Below, in pieces: positions 1-10,898 of a DNA stretch of 64,000 bases. The stretch is taken from positions 310,001 through 374,000 of IMG/VR virus record IMGVR_UViG_3300024239_000011; one strand, given 5' to 3'. Made by a program: the position numbers and the translations under genes. The notes below the pieces were generated by a model. That model searched no databases and was not told where the DNA came from. It worked only from the letters and a program-made list of their open reading frames with translations. Every line of letters begins with the position of its first letter. Position 1 is the stretch's first letter.

Positions 1-2
1 CA

Positions 3-1874
3 GCGGACTACTATGGCTATAATACTTTATATGCGTCATCTGCTGCTAGTGGATATCAGGAAAGCTCAAAGGTCACCTTGCACTTGTACGAGGACATGAC
101 GACTGGAAAATTGAGCTTGCACGTCATAAACGACATGTCCCAGGGATTGGGTGATACCGGTGGTGGTGCTAACTATGTTGTGGTGGATAATCTTCCGACA
201 GGACATCAAGTAATTGCAGCGGATGATCCTGGCGAGGCATGGTCTAATAGTACGACACAGGCTATTGGTAATTTTGGATGGGGTGATTGCTGCACTGATG
301 GTATGGTAATCGATAATATTCAAGATATGACTGCAATTATGATTACCTGTTCTGGGTATAGCGGCGTTGATCAATTCAAGCTTGCGAGCTATGATGGACG
401 CATTCAATATCTCCCTCTGACAACAACACTAACAATCGAGAAGATTGTCGAAGAGATAGACGAAACATTGTTTTTACAAGAAAACCCGGTCGCAGGGCAA
501 TACACAGGTTCTCAAGTTGTATCTTTTACTAAGGCGGCGAATGTTACTGCTAAAATCGCGCTCAATGCCACCCCATCCAATTCAAAAATTATCGCATATG
601 ACGCCAATGAAAATCCATTCATTGCGGTCGTTGATGACGGGCGTGGACGTGTAGTCTTTGATGGCGGGTTCCCTAGATACTACAACTCAAATTGGAACGG
701 GGTTGGGTATTACACTCTGCTCAAAGCAGAGCATATGTTTCTCTATCAATGCATGAACTGGATTGTCAATCCGGTAAAGGTTCGTAATGGTAATAAGTCA
801 ATACTAATATTCAATGACAGCATCACTGGTGAGAATTACCCACTCAGTTCGTTTAATACAACATTGGATGGGGTTGCCGCGATTGCCGGTTATACTCTTG
901 TACACAAGGATCGGTCAAGCTTTGGGGCAGGAGATCAAGTAACAATCCCATTTGTTGAACTTGATCAGTATGCAGCGGTTATTGTGTTTTCAACAAGATA
1001 CTGGGGTTCGCCCAGTATTACGGCAGAAACCGGGGCAAATTTCAAGATATACCGGGAAGCCGGAAACGGTATTATGGTGATCACGGACCATTCCGATGGC
1101 ACAACGTCATTTCAGCATACCGCGAACGTTATTGCAAACCAGTTTGGGGCTAATTTTTACGGGTCTGTGGATAGAACCCCCGTCGCAGTTTCGACGTTGA
1201 AGCAAAATTATGGCGTCCATCCTCTTTGGAATAATATCCCTGGAAGTATTGTTGGGGGAGGTAGTGAAGGTAATATATCCGTCACCAATTTCCCTGATTA
1301 TAATGACACGTCGTGGGTAATTGATCCGGCAGACATTTACACCTTTAATGCTCTTGTCCAAGACGAGATTGGGTTCTTCTATCATTTCTCATTTGGATAT
1401 GCAATTGGCGTTGATGAACCGATACAATTGAATTTTTCACCGGAGACATTGAAGGATGTGGTGAACGTTGATTTCTACGTCGCTCAATATGCCGGTACTA
1501 CGAGTGGGTTTGTGATTGATGCCATCGGAAATGTCCTCGGGTCATTTCGTAATGATGGGACGTTCTCAATGACGTGGTACGATCCAGATTTCGCGACCGT
1601 ACAATTGACGAAAGGTGATGCGCCAATTGTAATCAATATTCGTGTTACGCATCCCTTCTCGTATACCAAGAAAGTTTCTCTGATACGCTATGTGAAGGCG
1701 TGCAATCCTTTAAGTTCATCTTCAATTCTTGATGCACTTCATGGTGCTGAGTTGCGGGATCATCTTGGATCACCAGCAAGGATTATTCGTGACTTCCGCG
1801 ATATTACCAATAATGATCCAAACAAGAAACCATCATTTGCGCTGTCATATCTGTACTACTATTTGCTTCCGTGA
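3..1874 (+). CDS. Virion structural / tail-associated protein, 5'-truncated by window edge
   Basis: Frame is open from base 3 to the stop at 1874. Gly/Thr/Asn/Tyr-rich, with a VVFDGGFPRYYN motif I recall from jumbo-phage virion proteins. Lies upstream of a tail-fibre gene. Confidence 0.6.
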   Translation, partial: ADYYGYNTLYASSAASGYQESSKVTLHLYEDMTTGKLSLHVINDMSQGLGDTGGGANYVVVDNLPTGHQVIAADDPGEAWSNSTTQAIGNFGWGDCCTDGMVIDNIQDMTAIMITCSGYSGVDQFKLASYDGRIQYLPLTTTLTIEKIVEEIDETLFLQENPVAGQYTGSQVVSFTKAANVTAKIALNATPSNSKIIAYDANENPFIAVVDDGRGRVVFDGGFPRYYNSNWNGVGYYTLLKAEHMFLYQCMNWIVNPVKVRNGNKSILIFNDSITGENYPLSSFNTTLDGVAAIAGYTLVHKDRSSFGAGDQVTIPFVELDQYAAVIVFSTRYWGSPSITAETGANFKIYREAGNGIMVITDHSDGTTSFQHTANVIANQFGANFYGSVDRTPVAVSTLKQNYGVHPLWNNIPGSIVGGGSEGNISVTNFPDYNDTSWVIDPADIYTFNALVQDEIGFFYHFSFGYAIGVDEPIQLNFSPETLKDVVNVDFYVAQYAGTTSGFVIDAIGNVLGSFRNDGTFSMTWYDPDFATVQLTKGDAPIVINIRVTHPFSYTKKVSLIRYVKACNPLSSSSILDALHGAELRDHLGSPARIIRDFRDITNNDPNKKPSFALSYLYYYLLP

Positions 1875-1913
1875 TTGTGGTTTGTGGGCGCACGCATTCA
1901 CCATACTCGAAGA

Positions 1914-1920
1914 ATAAATA
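1914..1920 (+). promoter_or_regulatory. Putative T4-like late promoter (ATAAATA)
   Basis: Intergenic ATAAATA about 30 nt before the fibre gene. The same (A/C/G)TAAATA core recurs before many structural and endonuclease genes. Confidence 0.55.
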
Positions 1921-1949
1921 CCAGGAATGTTTGAGTAGAGGGGTTGCGG

Positions 1950-3284
1950 ATGGTCTATTTTATTAACAAATACGATGGCACACAGGTAGCGGCAATTGCC
2001 GAAGGTGCAATGGACACCACCAGCACTTCATTGAAGTTGCTTGGGAGAAATTTTATCAACTATGGTGAGATCATCTCCGAGAACTTCGTTCATCTGATGG
2101 AGAATTTTGCCAGCCCAAACCCGCCTGCTGGGGTGCCATTATCTGGGCAGTTGTGGTTCAACACTACCGACAACAAAATGTATTTGTTTAATGGTACGAC
2201 TTGGGTTGTCGCCACCGCGATCAACGTGGGTAACACCGATGGTGATCCGAATAATAACGGGGATGGACCAAATGCATTACCACCGTCTGGTACAGCGGAA
2301 GGCGACCTCTATTGGGATGCCGATACGCAGCAGCTTTGGGGTTGGACCGAGATTGGCACCCCGCATTGGGTGTTGATTGGTCCGCCCGCACCGGACAGCG
2401 CAAATTCCAAGCTGGAATATCAGCAGATTGATGGTCATGATTGCCTTGTGATTACCATTGGTGGTCAATACATCGCCATCTGGTCAGCGGTATCGTTCAC
2501 TCCAACCACTGCTCCGTGGAATAGCATTTTCCCGGCTGCCGCTACCGGCGTTGAAGGTATTGTTGCCGGATTAACATTCCGCCGCGATGATATGAATAGT
2601 ATCAGAAGTGGTTCGCATTATCCGAGCAAGAACAATAGTTTCAACCTTGGTTCCGCGTCGTTGCGGTGGGATACACTGCATGCGCGTGTTGTAGTTGCTG
2701 ATAATATCCAGCAAACTGGTCAAGGAAGCATTGCTTTTAATAAATTCATGCGTACCGACCAAACCAATGTCCCCGATGTTAATGTGGCTTACGACCTTGG
2801 AAGCACAACGAATCGGTATTCAAAAGTTTACGCAACCGATTTCATGGGTACTTCCACCGCAACGCGCCTTGCCGACTTGGCAGAACGTTTTGCTGCGGAT
2901 GAGCCGATGGACGAAGGTACCGTTGTCAAGCTCGGGGGTTCCGCTGAAATTACCAAGACGACCGAAGCGGCAGATATCGATGTCCTCGGGGTGGTGTCCA
3001 CTCGTGCGGCATTCAAAATGAATGCCGAAGCTGGTGATGATAACTCCCATCCGTTCGTTGCTTTTGCTGGTCGAGTGCCATGCAAAGTTGTTGGTAAGGT
3101 CGAAAAGGGTGAACGTTTGATTACCTCCAATATTCCTGGGGTTGCTATTGGATTCAAAACAGCGTATCCGGAGATTGCTGGTTTTGGTACAAACCGCCAT
3201 GCGCTGGAAATTATTGGCCGTGCGCTTGAATGCAAAAACACTGACGAGGTGGGTTTGGTTATGATCGTGGTTGGTACGAAATAA
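1950..3284 (+). CDS. Tail fibre / baseplate-associated protein with C-terminal intramolecular-chaperone-like domain
   Basis: N-terminal LLGRNFINYGE..ENFVHLMENFA, repeats GQLWFNT..MYLFNGTTW and GDLYWD..LWGW, C-terminal ADLAERF..GTVV..VLGVVST..AGRVPCKV. Confidence 0.75.
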   Translation: MVYFINKYDGTQVAAIAEGAMDTTSTSLKLLGRNFINYGEIISENFVHLMENFASPNPPAGVPLSGQLWFNTTDNKMYLFNGTTWVVATAINVGNTDGDPNNNGDGPNALPPSGTAEGDLYWDADTQQLWGWTEIGTPHWVLIGPPAPDSANSKLEYQQIDGHDCLVITIGGQYIAIWSAVSFTPTTAPWNSIFPAAATGVEGIVAGLTFRRDDMNSIRSGSHYPSKNNSFNLGSASLRWDTLHARVVVADNIQQTGQGSIAFNKFMRTDQTNVPDVNVAYDLGSTTNRYSKVYATDFMGTSTATRLADLAERFAADEPMDEGTVVKLGGSAEITKTTEAADIDVLGVVSTRAAFKMNAEAGDDNSHPFVAFAGRVPCKVVGKVEKGERLITSNIPGVAIGFKTAYPEIAGFGTNRHALEIIGRALECKNTDEVGLVMIVVGTK

Positions 3285-3288
3285 TAAT

Positions 3289-3317
3289 TTGACGCATTCT
3301 AAATTTCACCCCATGAT
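3289..3317 (+). promoter_or_regulatory. Putative sigma70-type promoter of the radical SAM operon
   Basis: TTGACG-17 nt-CATGAT, followed by an AAGGAG RBS before the TTG at 3341. Confidence 0.5.
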
Positions 3318-3340
3318 CATCCACGCAAAGGAGCGAAGCG

Positions 3341-4483
3341 TTGAAGGAAATTGATCTCTATCTCGGTGGCTATTTGCTGTGCTGTGGCGACGTATTCGTT
3401 GACCTCGGTGATAAGCGATATGCTGATGCCGTATCGATACAGCCGCTTGCCGGGCGGTATGGCATCTACAACGTTCATCTGGATTCGAACCAGTTGAGCC
3501 TTATCCCCGAGCTTGAGCAGACCTTCCAGGGCGCTACGGTTCGGTTCTACGTCCGCCTGATTGATGGGAACGTCAATTACGCCCCGGCGCCGAACGTCAC
3601 GTTCTTCACCGATGATCAAGCGATCCTTGAACAGATGAATGCCGCAAACAGTGGACTTAATGTGACGTTCTTGCTCACCCCGGATGTTGCAATACAGCCA
3701 GTTGTTTCCCTGATTGAAACTTCGCAAAACACGATTCGCCTCCAACTGCTAGTGGTGAAGAATGGTACGGCTGTGAAGTGGAACCCAGGTACCCTGGATG
3801 AGGTGTTCTTTCACGTCTTTGATCATGTGGTTCGCACGGGTAATCCGCGTATCGTATTCGATTATCCGAGTATGCGTGGCGCAGAATACCATTGCTGGTT
3901 GGATCAGTATTATTTTGTCAATGGTGATACTGAGATTCAATGTCCACTAGTTGGGCATCTTCGCCCCTATGATTTAAATTATGAGCCACTAACCACCGAA
4001 TGCGCGTTATGTGCATTTAATAGTAAGTGCTTCAACTGTCGATGGGCGAACTATCATAATACCGCATCTTTTGTGAATACTGGATGTCGTGATGTGTCTG
4101 AGTTTTACGACAAATCATTGACTACCGTACACAACGTGCAATTATTTCAAGTGTTCAGTCAGATGTATGATAAATTCCGCGAGCAACCGGAAGAAATGCT
4201 CAAGGTTTATACGTTTCTGATATCGGAGAACCGCCCTGATCAATGGATTTCGGTGCGGGAGGTATTTGGTGAATTGCTCAAGGAAGCAACCACCAAGGAT
4301 TATGCATTTGATTTTATGGTTTCTGTGATCTCGGCATATACCGATCCGCTTGCGGTATTTTCCACGGAAACTGTGCATACCATTGGGCGAAATATGTTTG
4401 AGATTGCCGAACCAAATCTCAATCAGCTTTTAGGATACCTATTCCTTATCGAATACGCGAAGATTTACCACGGGGAAGGTTAA
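3341..4483 (+). CDS. Degenerate radical SAM/SPASM-like protein (no CxxxCxxC)
   Basis: Has a SPASM-like CALCAFNSKCFNC..GC cluster but no N-terminal CxxxCxxC. First gene of the translationally coupled rSAM run. Confidence 0.5.
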   Translation: MKEIDLYLGGYLLCCGDVFVDLGDKRYADAVSIQPLAGRYGIYNVHLDSNQLSLIPELEQTFQGATVRFYVRLIDGNVNYAPAPNVTFFTDDQAILEQMNAANSGLNVTFLLTPDVAIQPVVSLIETSQNTIRLQLLVVKNGTAVKWNPGTLDEVFFHVFDHVVRTGNPRIVFDYPSMRGAEYHCWLDQYYFVNGDTEIQCPLVGHLRPYDLNYEPLTTECALCAFNSKCFNCRWANYHNTASFVNTGCRDVSEFYDKSLTTVHNVQLFQVFSQMYDKFREQPEEMLKVYTFLISENRPDQWISVREVFGELLKEATTKDYAFDFMVSVISAYTDPLAVFSTETVHTIGRNMFEIAEPNLNQLLGYLFLIEYAKIYHGEG

Positions 4484-5703
4484 TGCATAAGATCACCGGG
4501 AAGGTTAAGGGGACGGTCCTGTTCTATGATGAAAGGACCGCGATTCTCTACGACCATGACATGGTTCCGATCACCCAGACCCGTGACTATCAACGGTCTA
4601 AGTTTGGTGGTGCTATTGGTTTGTATAACATCGCCAGCGTGCAGTTTGGGCAATTCTGTAATCTCCGATGCACATACTGCCTGCAACGCACTATAGGAAG
4701 TGTTGATAGCGTTCATACCCCGGAGCGTGGTACGAAAATCCAACAGACGGTTGAGTATATTAGACGTACACTTGATCCGTGTATTCCAACCAAGGTTGAT
4801 TTGTGGGGCGGCGAACCGCTGTTCTATTGGGATGATCTGAAGGAGGTTGTCACCAGCCTGGAACCGCATGGGCAGATGCACTTCACGGTGTTTACCAATG
4901 GTATGGCACTCAAGGAAGAACATCTGGCGTGGTTCGCCAGCCGTCCATCCAAATTCACGGTGTCATTAAGCCATGATGGGTTTGGACAAGCCGCGCGTGG
5001 TAAAGACGTTCTGGACAAAGTGCTTGATTTGTTTGCTCACATAATTGCACCGAATATTGATTATTCAATTGCAACTACTGTGTCAAATACCAACCACGAC
5101 CTTCTTGCGCTGAATGATTTGTTCATGGTAGCACTGGATCGTCATGGGCTGCGGGATAGGGCGAAGTGGATCATTGAAATCCCACTGGTGTTCAGCGCAA
5201 AGGATGCTTTTGACCCCAAGCAGTTGCATAAGTTTACCGAGAACCTTAGGGCGTTCTTAACAGAAAATGAGCGCGGAAACCCACGCATTCTTAACAACAC
5301 CTTATGGTCTACTTTCGATCTGTTCGGTATATTTGCCCTGCTGAATCGTTTCAACAGCAAACATATACCAGGGTTCTACCGGTGCCATTTGTCCTATGAT
5401 AATGCCGTGGTTGTCAACACCAATGGTGAAGTGCTTCTCTGTCCTCATTCAACTTCTCCGACGCATGTGTTGGGGTCGGTTGACGGCGGTCAGGTCAAAC
5501 ACAAATCCGAGGTGATTCGCACCGGATATGATCCGCGTTGCGACGGTTGCCTCGTTCGTGATTTTTGTCGAAGCAGTTGCCCAATCATTGGTGGTACTTT
5601 TGAAGATAATCACAAAGTAATGTGGGCGTACTTCTCGACGTTGTACGAGTTCGCCTTTAAGCGTCTTCTTATGGAAGATGAAGTCGTAATCGAGCGAGTG
5701 TGA
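4483..5703 (+). CDS. Radical SAM / SPASM-domain protein
   Basis: CNLRCTYC, WGGEP, FTNG, SHDG, and C-terminal CDGCLVRDFCRSSCP. Confidence 0.92.
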   Translation: MHKITGKVKGTVLFYDERTAILYDHDMVPITQTRDYQRSKFGGAIGLYNIASVQFGQFCNLRCTYCLQRTIGSVDSVHTPERGTKIQQTVEYIRRTLDPCIPTKVDLWGGEPLFYWDDLKEVVTSLEPHGQMHFTVFTNGMALKEEHLAWFASRPSKFTVSLSHDGFGQAARGKDVLDKVLDLFAHIIAPNIDYSIATTVSNTNHDLLALNDLFMVALDRHGLRDRAKWIIEIPLVFSAKDAFDPKQLHKFTENLRAFLTENERGNPRILNNTLWSTFDLFGIFALLNRFNSKHIPGFYRCHLSYDNAVVVNTNGEVLLCPHSTSPTHVLGSVDGGQVKHKSEVIRTGYDPRCDGCLVRDFCRSSCPIIGGTFEDNHKVMWAYFSTLYEFAFKRLLMEDEVVIERV

Positions 5704-5704
5704 T

Positions 5705-6976
5705 ATGAAATTCAAGATCAGCGCCTTGGATACCCAAGCAACCATCATCTATGACAACGAAGCTAACATCTTTTTTGACGACACGGGAGTGCCGCTCACA
5801 CAAACCGCGAATTACATTCGTAGACGCGCGGCCAATTGGGACAAAACGCCGACGTGGCAAACATCCACTAATATTCGGCAAATCAAAATTTCTCTTGGGC
5901 AGTTCTGCAACTATTCCTGTACCTACTGTATGCAGAGCCAAATCGGTGAAGTGGGTAAGGAAGGTTTTGCGAAGAACGTCAACACCGACCGCATCATCGA
6001 AATCCTCAAGACCAATTACACGGTCCCCGACAACGTTCGCATCGAACTGTGGGGTGGTGAACCATTCTTCTATTGGGAAGATATGGTCAAGCTCATGGAG
6101 GCGTTCGATCATGAAACTGCTGAATTCCAGATTTTCACCAACGGATCAACTTTGCGACGCAAGCACCTTGATTTTTTCAAGGGTTTGAAGAGCCGTAAGA
6201 TCGATCTGGGGCTGTCGCACGACGCAGCCAAACAGGAAACCACCCGTGGTAAAAACTATCTCGCTGAAAACCTTGAACTGCTTCGCGAGTATCGTGAATT
6301 TACGAATATCCAACCTTTCTTGAGTGCCACGTTGACCAACGTGAATTATGATTTGTTGGAAATCAATGACTACTTTCGTGCTATGTTGGAGGCGCACTAC
6401 GGGGATACGAACCTGTGGATCAACTTCGACGTGCCGATGATTCACGAAAAGCAGAGTCTCAAGTTCTCACAAGACCAGCTTGATGGTTATAGCGCCAACT
6501 TGCGCAAGTACCTTCAAGCGTGTTGGGAGGATAAGAATCACGAGCGTATGATCCGTGGTTCGTTTTTTGAAGGCGGACAGCCAAGCTTCAAGCGCATCAT
6601 GGAATCCTTCCATTCCAAGGATATTGAGTCATTCATCAAATGTGCAGTGGGTTCGCCTAATTCGTTGACCCTCGATCTGGAAGGCAATGTTAAAACCTGC
6701 CCACACGCCGGGGATGCACATATATTTGGGAACGTCCTTGAGAGCGAAGACCACATTTTCAAGAATGATCCCACCTATGTGCGCACGGTAGAATACGACC
6801 AGTGTCAAAAGTGCTTGGTGCGCCGCTTCTGCCAAGGCGGTTGCCCTATCGTGATTGATAAAAACACGTGGTACTCGTATCACCATGTTTTGTGGACCCA
6901 CTACAGCACCATGTTCCAACTGGCTATGGAATTGTTGCTAGGTAGCAAAAAAGTGATGATCACAAATGTTGACTGA
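5705..6976 (+). CDS. Radical SAM / SPASM-domain protein
   Basis: CNYSCTYC, WGGEP, FTNG, CQKCLVRRFCQGGCP. Paralog of the preceding gene (shared N-terminal YD..I.D..VP.TQT). Confidence 0.92.
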   Translation: MKFKISALDTQATIIYDNEANIFFDDTGVPLTQTANYIRRRAANWDKTPTWQTSTNIRQIKISLGQFCNYSCTYCMQSQIGEVGKEGFAKNVNTDRIIEILKTNYTVPDNVRIELWGGEPFFYWEDMVKLMEAFDHETAEFQIFTNGSTLRRKHLDFFKGLKSRKIDLGLSHDAAKQETTRGKNYLAENLELLREYREFTNIQPFLSATLTNVNYDLLEINDYFRAMLEAHYGDTNLWINFDVPMIHEKQSLKFSQDQLDGYSANLRKYLQACWEDKNHERMIRGSFFEGGQPSFKRIMESFHSKDIESFIKCAVGSPNSLTLDLEGNVKTCPHAGDAHIFGNVLESEDHIFKNDPTYVRTVEYDQCQKCLVRRFCQGGCPIVIDKNTWYSYHHVLWTHYSTMFQLAMELLLGSKKVMITNVD

Positions 6977-8009
6977 TCTGTGCCGCAACGTCTCTATCAT
7001 CAATTTGTTGCTGACCAAAAAGTGCAACTACTCTTGCTCATATTGTCACCAGCTTCACAAAGACGATGTGCGACTTGCGGTATCACCACCCGAGCGTATC
7101 CACGAAATTGTGGAAAAGCTTGCTACGATCAATGATATCCCGAAGAACGTGCGATTTTTCGGCGGGGAAACGCTACTGCGTTTCCCCGATATCAAAGCCT
7201 ATTTTGAGGCATACCAACCGAACTATCCGGCACTGGGGTTTAGTGTTTATTCGAACGGATCACTCCTAACTCCTGACATGGGCGAATTCCTCGCCAAGAA
7301 CGGCGTAGACCTCACATTATCCATCGATGGGTATACAGAGGACGGTCAGCTTGAAAAGGACTATAAACGCCTAGAAACCGTCTTCCCGGCGATCTATCGC
7401 ATCTACGCCACTCACGGACGTATGATATCGGTGTCGGTGACCATCGACATTGCCAAAGTTCAGGCAGCGAAGAACCTGATGGTGTTGTTTACTCGGCGTT
7501 TTCCACGCACCAAACTTTTCATTTCTCCCGTTTTCCATTCGAAGGGTGATGGGAATACCCCATGGAGCATGGATGCGATTGATGACCTTCTGGGGTTTGT
7601 GGAGACCATCAACCAACAACGGGCAACACCGATCCTACAGGGATTGAATGTGATCTCATCGCCTCAGAAATGTATTAGCGTGGATTGGACATTGGCAGTG
7701 GACCTGTCGGGCGATCTGTCCAGTTGCTTCTTCACGATCACCGACAAGCTGACCTTCCCCGAGTACGTCTATGGGAACCTGTTGGACGACCGATTTGACG
7801 CGCCCCAATATGCTGCGATCTTGGAGCGGAAGCGTCAGATGTTCGACAACCCGTATTGCGCGGCATGCAGGTTCAAAGAAACCTGCATATCTTGCTCGAC
7901 GTGCGGGATGCTGTTCAACGAGAACCGGTGGTTCGAAAACGGCGAATGCAAGCCCTTGGTACATTTCTTGTCTGGGATGCATCACATGACCAGGGATGAA
8001 CCACTATGA
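6966..8009 (+). CDS. Radical SAM / SPASM-domain protein
   Basis: CNYSCSYC, FGGET, SNG, SIDG, CAACRFKETCISCSTC. Confidence 0.9.
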   Translation: MLTDLCRNVSIINLLLTKKCNYSCSYCHQLHKDDVRLAVSPPERIHEIVEKLATINDIPKNVRFFGGETLLRFPDIKAYFEAYQPNYPALGFSVYSNGSLLTPDMGEFLAKNGVDLTLSIDGYTEDGQLEKDYKRLETVFPAIYRIYATHGRMISVSVTIDIAKVQAAKNLMVLFTRRFPRTKLFISPVFHSKGDGNTPWSMDAIDDLLGFVETINQQRATPILQGLNVISSPQKCISVDWTLAVDLSGDLSSCFFTITDKLTFPEYVYGNLLDDRFDAPQYAAILERKRQMFDNPYCAACRFKETCISCSTCGMLFNENRWFENGECKPLVHFLSGMHHMTRDEPL

Positions 8010-9511
8010 ATGAAATTACCACTCTGCTGCGTAGCCGTGGGGTCTTTCAAGTGGTACTCACCAATCGCTGCAACTACAATTGCAACTACTGCTATCAGGA
8101 ACGCAATTTTAAGAAGTTCCCGAACGAGTTCGATAGCGCCGAGCAACTTGATCGTGTTTGCGGTAAATTGGTCGAACACCGCAAGGACGACACCCACTTC
8201 GAGTTCCAATTTCTCGGCGGCGAACCGCTGTTGAAGAAAAATGTTTTAATGAATTTTATGCGGGATTATGCATGGAAATATCCCAAGGTAGTATTCAACG
8301 TAATCACCAATGGTAAACTTCTCGATCACGAAACGGCAGTAGAGTATATCACGAGTCACCCTCTGGCGAAAATCTATTTTTCCTGTGACGGTATTGACCT
8401 GAATACCAATACGCATCCCAAGACCTGGGAACGTATTGCGATACTGTATGACCGGCTCTATCAACGCTTCCCAGAGCGCATTGGCATCATCCCGGTACTA
8501 ACCAGCAGTACCATCCCTAATTACGTTGCCCTATTGGATTTGATGGCGGAAAAATATCCACTCAGTCATGTTCATGCATTGGCCGCAATCAGCGACCATT
8601 TCGATACCAACTTCGAATGGTCGCCCGAGCATATTCGCAGCGTCGGGGAACAAATCCGTCCGTTCTTCCTGAAACACCCAGGTTGGACCATTGACTATTA
8701 CATGTGGGATTATCCGCTCGATTCCTTCCTCGATTCGGCGGACGACCCGGCGGTGATGCCAAACGGTGACATACATCTGATGCCATCGTATTTTATGGGT
8801 GAAGCAGCAGACCTAAGCAATAAACCAGACTTCAATGTAATCACCGGGGAAGTATACCCGTACCTTGCCCAGAAACAGATCAAAGAGCGGTTGATTCAAG
8901 CGGCGAAAACTGCCAACTCGCGCTGTCAGACATGCCCGATTTCGGGGCATTGTCTTCCGATGAAATTCTTCACATTGGTACACTTACCGGACGAGCAAAT
9001 TACCGCAGAGACCGTGGTTGATGCAGAATGTAACACCATGCTTGATTTCTTCTGGAATATGCCGGTGTTCGCACATTTTCCCACCGGCATATTTCAGAAC
9101 CTTCAACAGCAAGTCCAACTGTTCCAGAAGTATCGGACACGATATGTTCGGGCGCTTTATGTTTTAGACCGTTTGGCTATTCCAGTTCTGCAACTTCTAA
9201 ATGACGATTTTGTTGAGAATATCGAAAAACTTGGCGTTGGAAAATATTTCTATCTAGATATGTATGGGGTTTCCCGCCATACCGAAGAAGTGCGCTCCGC
9301 ATATAATACTCCATTGCGGGATATTTTTTGTCATTTCAAGCATCATCCGAAACGTCGTCCACTTCACCCGGCATTGGTATGTAAAGTTGTTCGTGAATTG
9401 TTGGATAAACCGACCGACCATTTGTTTGAGTTAATTATTCCGAACCTTTACCACAAGGTCTATTATGGTCCAACGTGGCATTGGTCGTTTGACGACACTT
9501 ATAGGTGGTAA
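8006..9511 (+). CDS. Radical SAM protein with partial SPASM and C-terminal extension
   Basis: CNYNCNYC, LGGEP, ITNG, SCDG, CQTCPISGHC. Confidence 0.9.
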   Translation: MNEITTLLRSRGVFQVVLTNRCNYNCNYCYQERNFKKFPNEFDSAEQLDRVCGKLVEHRKDDTHFEFQFLGGEPLLKKNVLMNFMRDYAWKYPKVVFNVITNGKLLDHETAVEYITSHPLAKIYFSCDGIDLNTNTHPKTWERIAILYDRLYQRFPERIGIIPVLTSSTIPNYVALLDLMAEKYPLSHVHALAAISDHFDTNFEWSPEHIRSVGEQIRPFFLKHPGWTIDYYMWDYPLDSFLDSADDPAVMPNGDIHLMPSYFMGEAADLSNKPDFNVITGEVYPYLAQKQIKERLIQAAKTANSRCQTCPISGHCLPMKFFTLVHLPDEQITAETVVDAECNTMLDFFWNMPVFAHFPTGIFQNLQQQVQLFQKYRTRYVRALYVLDRLAIPVLQLLNDDFVENIEKLGVGKYFYLDMYGVSRHTEEVRSAYNTPLRDIFCHFKHHPKRRPLHPALVCKVVRELLDKPTDHLFELIIPNLYHKVYYGPTWHWSFDDTYRW

Positions 9512-10890
9512 TCATGGACAACCCTTTCAGTCAGGTCTATTGGATCAATCTGCTCCTGACTAATAAATGTAACAAGCAGTGTTCGTACTGCTATGAGCAG
9601 CATAAAGCCGAGTTTGAACGGTCGTACATCAATGCACATCGTGTGGATGAAATCTGCGCGAAGATGGACACCATGAACTCGCTTCAGAAAACCCTCCATT
9701 TTTTTGGCGGCGAACCCATGCTGAAGTTCGACACCATCATGGAGTACATGCGGGCATCGTCCCATAAATACCCCACATTGTCTTACGTGATTATCACCAA
9801 CGGCACGCTACTGACTCCTCAGAAATTCGAGGATTTCGTTTCGCACGGCGGCTCATTCTACATTTCCTGCGACGGCTGGGGGATCGATAACACTGACATC
9901 ACAACCAAGGATTTCAGTGCTATCAAGGATGTGGTTGAGGCATGCTTCCCGGTGGTCGCAGCCTATGATAAACGCATTACGTTCGACGTAGTTGTGCATC
10001 CCCGTGAGGTCGCGTCGTTCGGGCGGTTTATGCAGTACCTCGCCGGAAGTCCGCATTTCGAGCAAATCAATATCCACATCAAGCCATTGCTATACAGCAT
10101 GACCGATGGGTTGGTGCGCTGGGATGACGCAGCGATTAATCAATTCTTACAGGAATGTATGAATGCCATTGTGAAATCAAAGGGCATCAATTTCGAGATA
10201 GAAGGGTTCTACGAGAAGTCATGGGGCACGTGCATGACCATGGCAAACAACCTGAATGTTGATGTTGAGGGTAATTTTTCAGGGTGTTATTTTCTACTGA
10301 ACCAACATAAAGCCACCTCGGCATTCGATGATGCCATTTTTGGCAACATTCTAACCGGCGAGATTGATACTGCCAAAATCGCCAACTTTAAACGCCTGGA
10401 ACAGGAACTCTACCAGTCCTCTAAATGCCAATCTTGCGTATTGAACCCAAAATGCTTCCAGTGCAGTGCTGGACTGTACACAACCCTTGGAAAGTGGTAC
10501 GACAACGACAAGCATTGCGAAATCGTTATCCCATTCATCCAACGGTTGAATTCCTTCCAAGCCATGAAAGAGGATGCATATATCATTGGCTGCCTGAAGG
10601 AGAAAATCCAGGAACATGGGTCTGAGTGGTTTGTGACTCGCCTTAAGTATTGGACGACAGTTCACATGCAAGCGACGTTGCTGGAAATTTGTAATGCACA
10701 TATCCCAGCACAAAACATTATGGCGGGAAATGCGCCACTTGATTTGGGTCAGTGGCTCAGTGATGCGGGGGCAAAGCAAGTAGCAGAGCTTCATCACATT
10801 TTCACGCCTGCATTGGCTGATCTTTCTGCTCAAGATCAGTTTACGCTTTGCGTTGCGCGTGTGATTGAGAAAGAACATCCCAAAACCTAA
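9505..10890 (+). CDS. Radical SAM / SPASM-domain protein with C-terminal extension
   Basis: CNKQCSYC, FGGEP, ITNG, SCDG, CQSCVLNPKCFQC. Confidence 0.92.
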   Translation: MVIMDNPFSQVYWINLLLTNKCNKQCSYCYEQHKAEFERSYINAHRVDEICAKMDTMNSLQKTLHFFGGEPMLKFDTIMEYMRASSHKYPTLSYVIITNGTLLTPQKFEDFVSHGGSFYISCDGWGIDNTDITTKDFSAIKDVVEACFPVVAAYDKRITFDVVVHPREVASFGRFMQYLAGSPHFEQINIHIKPLLYSMTDGLVRWDDAAINQFLQECMNAIVKSKGINFEIEGFYEKSWGTCMTMANNLNVDVEGNFSGCYFLLNQHKATSAFDDAIFGNILTGEIDTAKIANFKRLEQELYQSSKCQSCVLNPKCFQCSAGLYTTLGKWYDNDKHCEIVIPFIQRLNSFQAMKEDAYIIGCLKEKIQEHGSEWFVTRLKYWTTVHMQATLLEICNAHIPAQNIMAGNAPLDLGQWLSDAGAKQVAELHHIFTPALADLSAQDQFTLCVARVIEKEHPKT

Positions 10891-10898
10891 TAGAAAAC

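Noticed and set aside
3341-10890. rSAM array as a DNA-modification or cofactor pathway (QueE, MoaA, NrdG, anaerobic sulfatase maturase)
   Set aside because: No partner genes for those pathways are nearby, while a Cys-rich candidate substrate is adjacent. Not formally excluded.
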